Below, one piece after another: positions 61,791 through 64,000 of a stretch of 64,000 nt of DNA. This stretch comes from Puccinia triticina. Lineage: Eukaryota. A program made the position numbers and the translations under genes. A model generated the notes under the pieces. The model was not told the origin of the DNA, made no database searches, and was given only the letters and a program-made list of their open reading frames with translations. Within the stretch, counting starts at the first letter, position 1; each line of letters begins with the position of its first letter. The stretch is from contig CP110440.1 of assembly GCA_026914245.1 (NCBI GenBank), positions 2,046,001 to 2,110,000 of the forward strand. The letters are read 5' to 3'.

Positions 61791-62410
61791 TAAACCACAA
61801 GTTTACAAGATATAAACCACAGGTTTATAAGATGTAAACCACAGGTTTATAAGATGTAAACCACTGGTTTACAAGATTTAAACCACAGGTTTACAAGATG
61901 TAAACCACAGCTTTATAAGATGTAAACCACAGGTTTACAAGATGTAAACCACAGGTTTACAAGATGTAAACCACAGGTTTATAAAGATGTAAACCACAGG
62001 TTTACAAGATGTAAACCACAGGTTTATAAAGATGTAAACCACAGGTTTACAAGATGTAAACCACAGGTTTATAAGATGTAAACCACAGGTTTACAAGATG
62101 TAAACCACAGGTTTATAAGATGTAAACCACAGGTTTATAAGATGTAAACCACAGGTTTACAAGATGTAAACCACAGGTTTAAAAGATGTAAACCACAGGT
62201 TTAAAAGATGTAAACCACAGTTTGCAAGGTGTCAATCATAGTTTAAAAGGTGTAAACCACAGTTTACAAGGTGTAAACCACAGTTTACAATGTGTAAACC
62301 ACAGTTTACAAGGTGTAAACCACAGTTTACAAGGTGTAAACCACAGTTTACAAGGTGTAAACCACAGTTTACAAGGTGTAAACCACAGTTTACAAAGTGT
62401 AAACCACTGA
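61791..62410. repeat. Continuation of the 22/21-bp GTAAACCAC minisatellite
   Basis: GATGTAAACCACAGGTTTACAA units, then GGTGTAAACCACAGTTTACAA units. Confidence 0.95.
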
Positions 62411-64000
62411 TTACAAAATATAAATGTATTAGAACAGCTTGCCTCATCTTGTCTTGGGGAAGGGGTCCTGCATACTATAGGAACAAGGGTCAGAGGTGTT
62501 AGGCATGACTCACATTGTCGTAAAAGTCTATTAGCTTGTCTTGCATCAGCATCGCCCAAACATCCAACTAATCATGGTTGAGAGGGGATTAGATCAACCA
62601 CATTAACAAAAGAGGGCAGTGCAGAAAGGAAAATAACTTACAATAGAAAACTGTCCAAAAATGAGAAAAAGAGATTCAGGAATGTAGCTAGATTTTCTAG
62701 GATTTGAAGAGTTTGATATCCCCACACGAATAGCGAAAGCCAAGGCAAGGAAAAAAGAAGCGGCAAAGAGGGTGTACATGGAAATAGTTCAGAGCAAAGG
62801 ATTCCTTCCAAGGAAGACGCAACTGGCTGCCAATCCGGCAAAGACCAGACAGAAGAGCATCAAACTAAGATGGTCGGGATAAAATCACCCAATCAATGCA
62901 GGGGACAAAGGAATCAGCTAGCCGGGGGGAAAACCTCTTGGCGAGCTGGATACCCGGAACCAGCTCAACGCAAGGAAATTATCCCAGCGAGCTGGATACA
63001 GGTATCCGGCTCGCCGCGAGGAAATCATCTCGCTGTAACCAGCTCACTCCAGCTAGCCGGGAGAGTTTCCTCTTGGCAAAATGGCAGCTGTCTGGGAGGA
63101 AGCCCTCTTGGCGAGCTGGCAGCTATCCGGGAGGAAGCCCTCTCGGCGAGCTGGCAGCTATCCGGGAGGAAGCCCTCTCGGCGAGCTGGCAGCTATCCGG
63201 GAGGAAGCCCTCTCGGCGAGCTGGCAGCTATCCGGGAGGAAGCCCTCTCGGAGCTGGCAGCTATCCGTGAGGAAGCCCTCTTGACGAGCTGGCAGCTATC
63301 CGGGAGGAAGCCCTCTCGGCGAGCTGGCAGCTATCCGGGAGGAAGCCCTTTCGGCGAGCTGGATACCCGTAACCAGCTCGCCGAGAGGGCTTCCACCAGC
63401 TGCCAGCTTGGCGGCTTGGGCAACGCGGGGTTGATTAACTCGTCGGACATCTCTGGTCCGACGAGTTGAACCTGTCAAGTTGAGATGTCCGACGAGTCAA
63501 ACTTGTCGGACTCACACCCGTCAGACAAGCTAGTCCGACCGGTGAACCTGTCGGACAGGTCTGTCCGACTGGGTAACTTGTCGGACATACAGGTCCGACC
63601 AGTGGGAGCTGGTCGGACAGACATGTCCAAAATTTCCTCGGACGATGTGGTCCGACCAGCCAGTCCGAGGGAAGCTCAGGCTGCGCTGTCCGACTGCAGA
63701 CCGGTCAAACAAGCCCGATGGGTGGTCGGGCCAAGCTGCTCGAGGTCCCGTTGAGCAGAAATGTCCGACTTCTGCTCGAATGGGTTGATCCGACGGGTGG
63801 GCTCGACCACCCTTCGGACGGCCATGTCCGACAACTGGTCGGACATGCCCGTCCGAGCTCTTGCCGGACAAGCATGTCCGAGGGGATAATTCATGCAGTG
63901 TGGCTCCAACAAAACTGTCTGACTCCCTGAAGAAAAACTAGCAAAAAACATCAGGCAAGTCCAACACTTCCTGGAGATTGGCGCAAGTTTCTCATACAAC

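Larger units (their letters stand above)
50996..63900. mobile_element. 12.9-kb non-autonomous CACTA-like element (CACTG termini, 3-bp TSD)
   Basis: CACTGCATG..CATGCAGTG termini; TSD TGG at 50993-50995 and 63901-63903; inverted arms about 50996-51746 and 62978-63900. No transposase was found inside. Confidence 0.9.
48850..64000 (+). mobile_element. YR retrotransposon element 2 (ORF1 C-terminus about 49020-49794; RT about 50170-50995, resuming at 63904 and running off the window)
   Basis: PLPLTIFNKVWQDRAL, FDWEKAY, FRWVYD. RT ..IGFIWNG|SNKTV*LPEEKL.. is continuous across the 50996-63900 insertion. Confidence 0.85.

Overview
Eukaryotic DNA made almost entirely of transposable elements, most likely from a rust fungus (Pucciniales, Puccinia-like). 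This is inferred from CxC1/KDZ transposase remnants, Ngaro-type tyrosine-recombinase retroelements, short GT-AG introns and TpCpG-biased transitions. No rRNA, tRNA or CRISPR was seen. Main components: (1) a 10.8-kb chromodomain Ty3/Gypsy element (12454-23256, minus) abutting a ~173-bp satellite, with an apparently spliced accessory gene overlapping gag and an extra leader ORF; (2) an intact, young Ty1/Copia (40217-45513) with TG..TA LTRs and a primer site complementary to a tRNA-Asn anticodon arm, inserted in the RT of a Ngaro-like element; (3) two non-autonomous CACTA/CMC-like elements with 3-bp TSDs (24155-26599; 50996-63900); (4) a five-level nest: Ngaro RT > 12.9-kb CACTG element > Helitron carrying a spliced, possibly OB-fold gene > solo LTR > palindromic MITE; (5) two solo LTRs, several minisatellites, a glutamate-synthase gene fragment and one clean 3-exon orphan gene (6485-7263). 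All calls were made by eye; no database searches were run.
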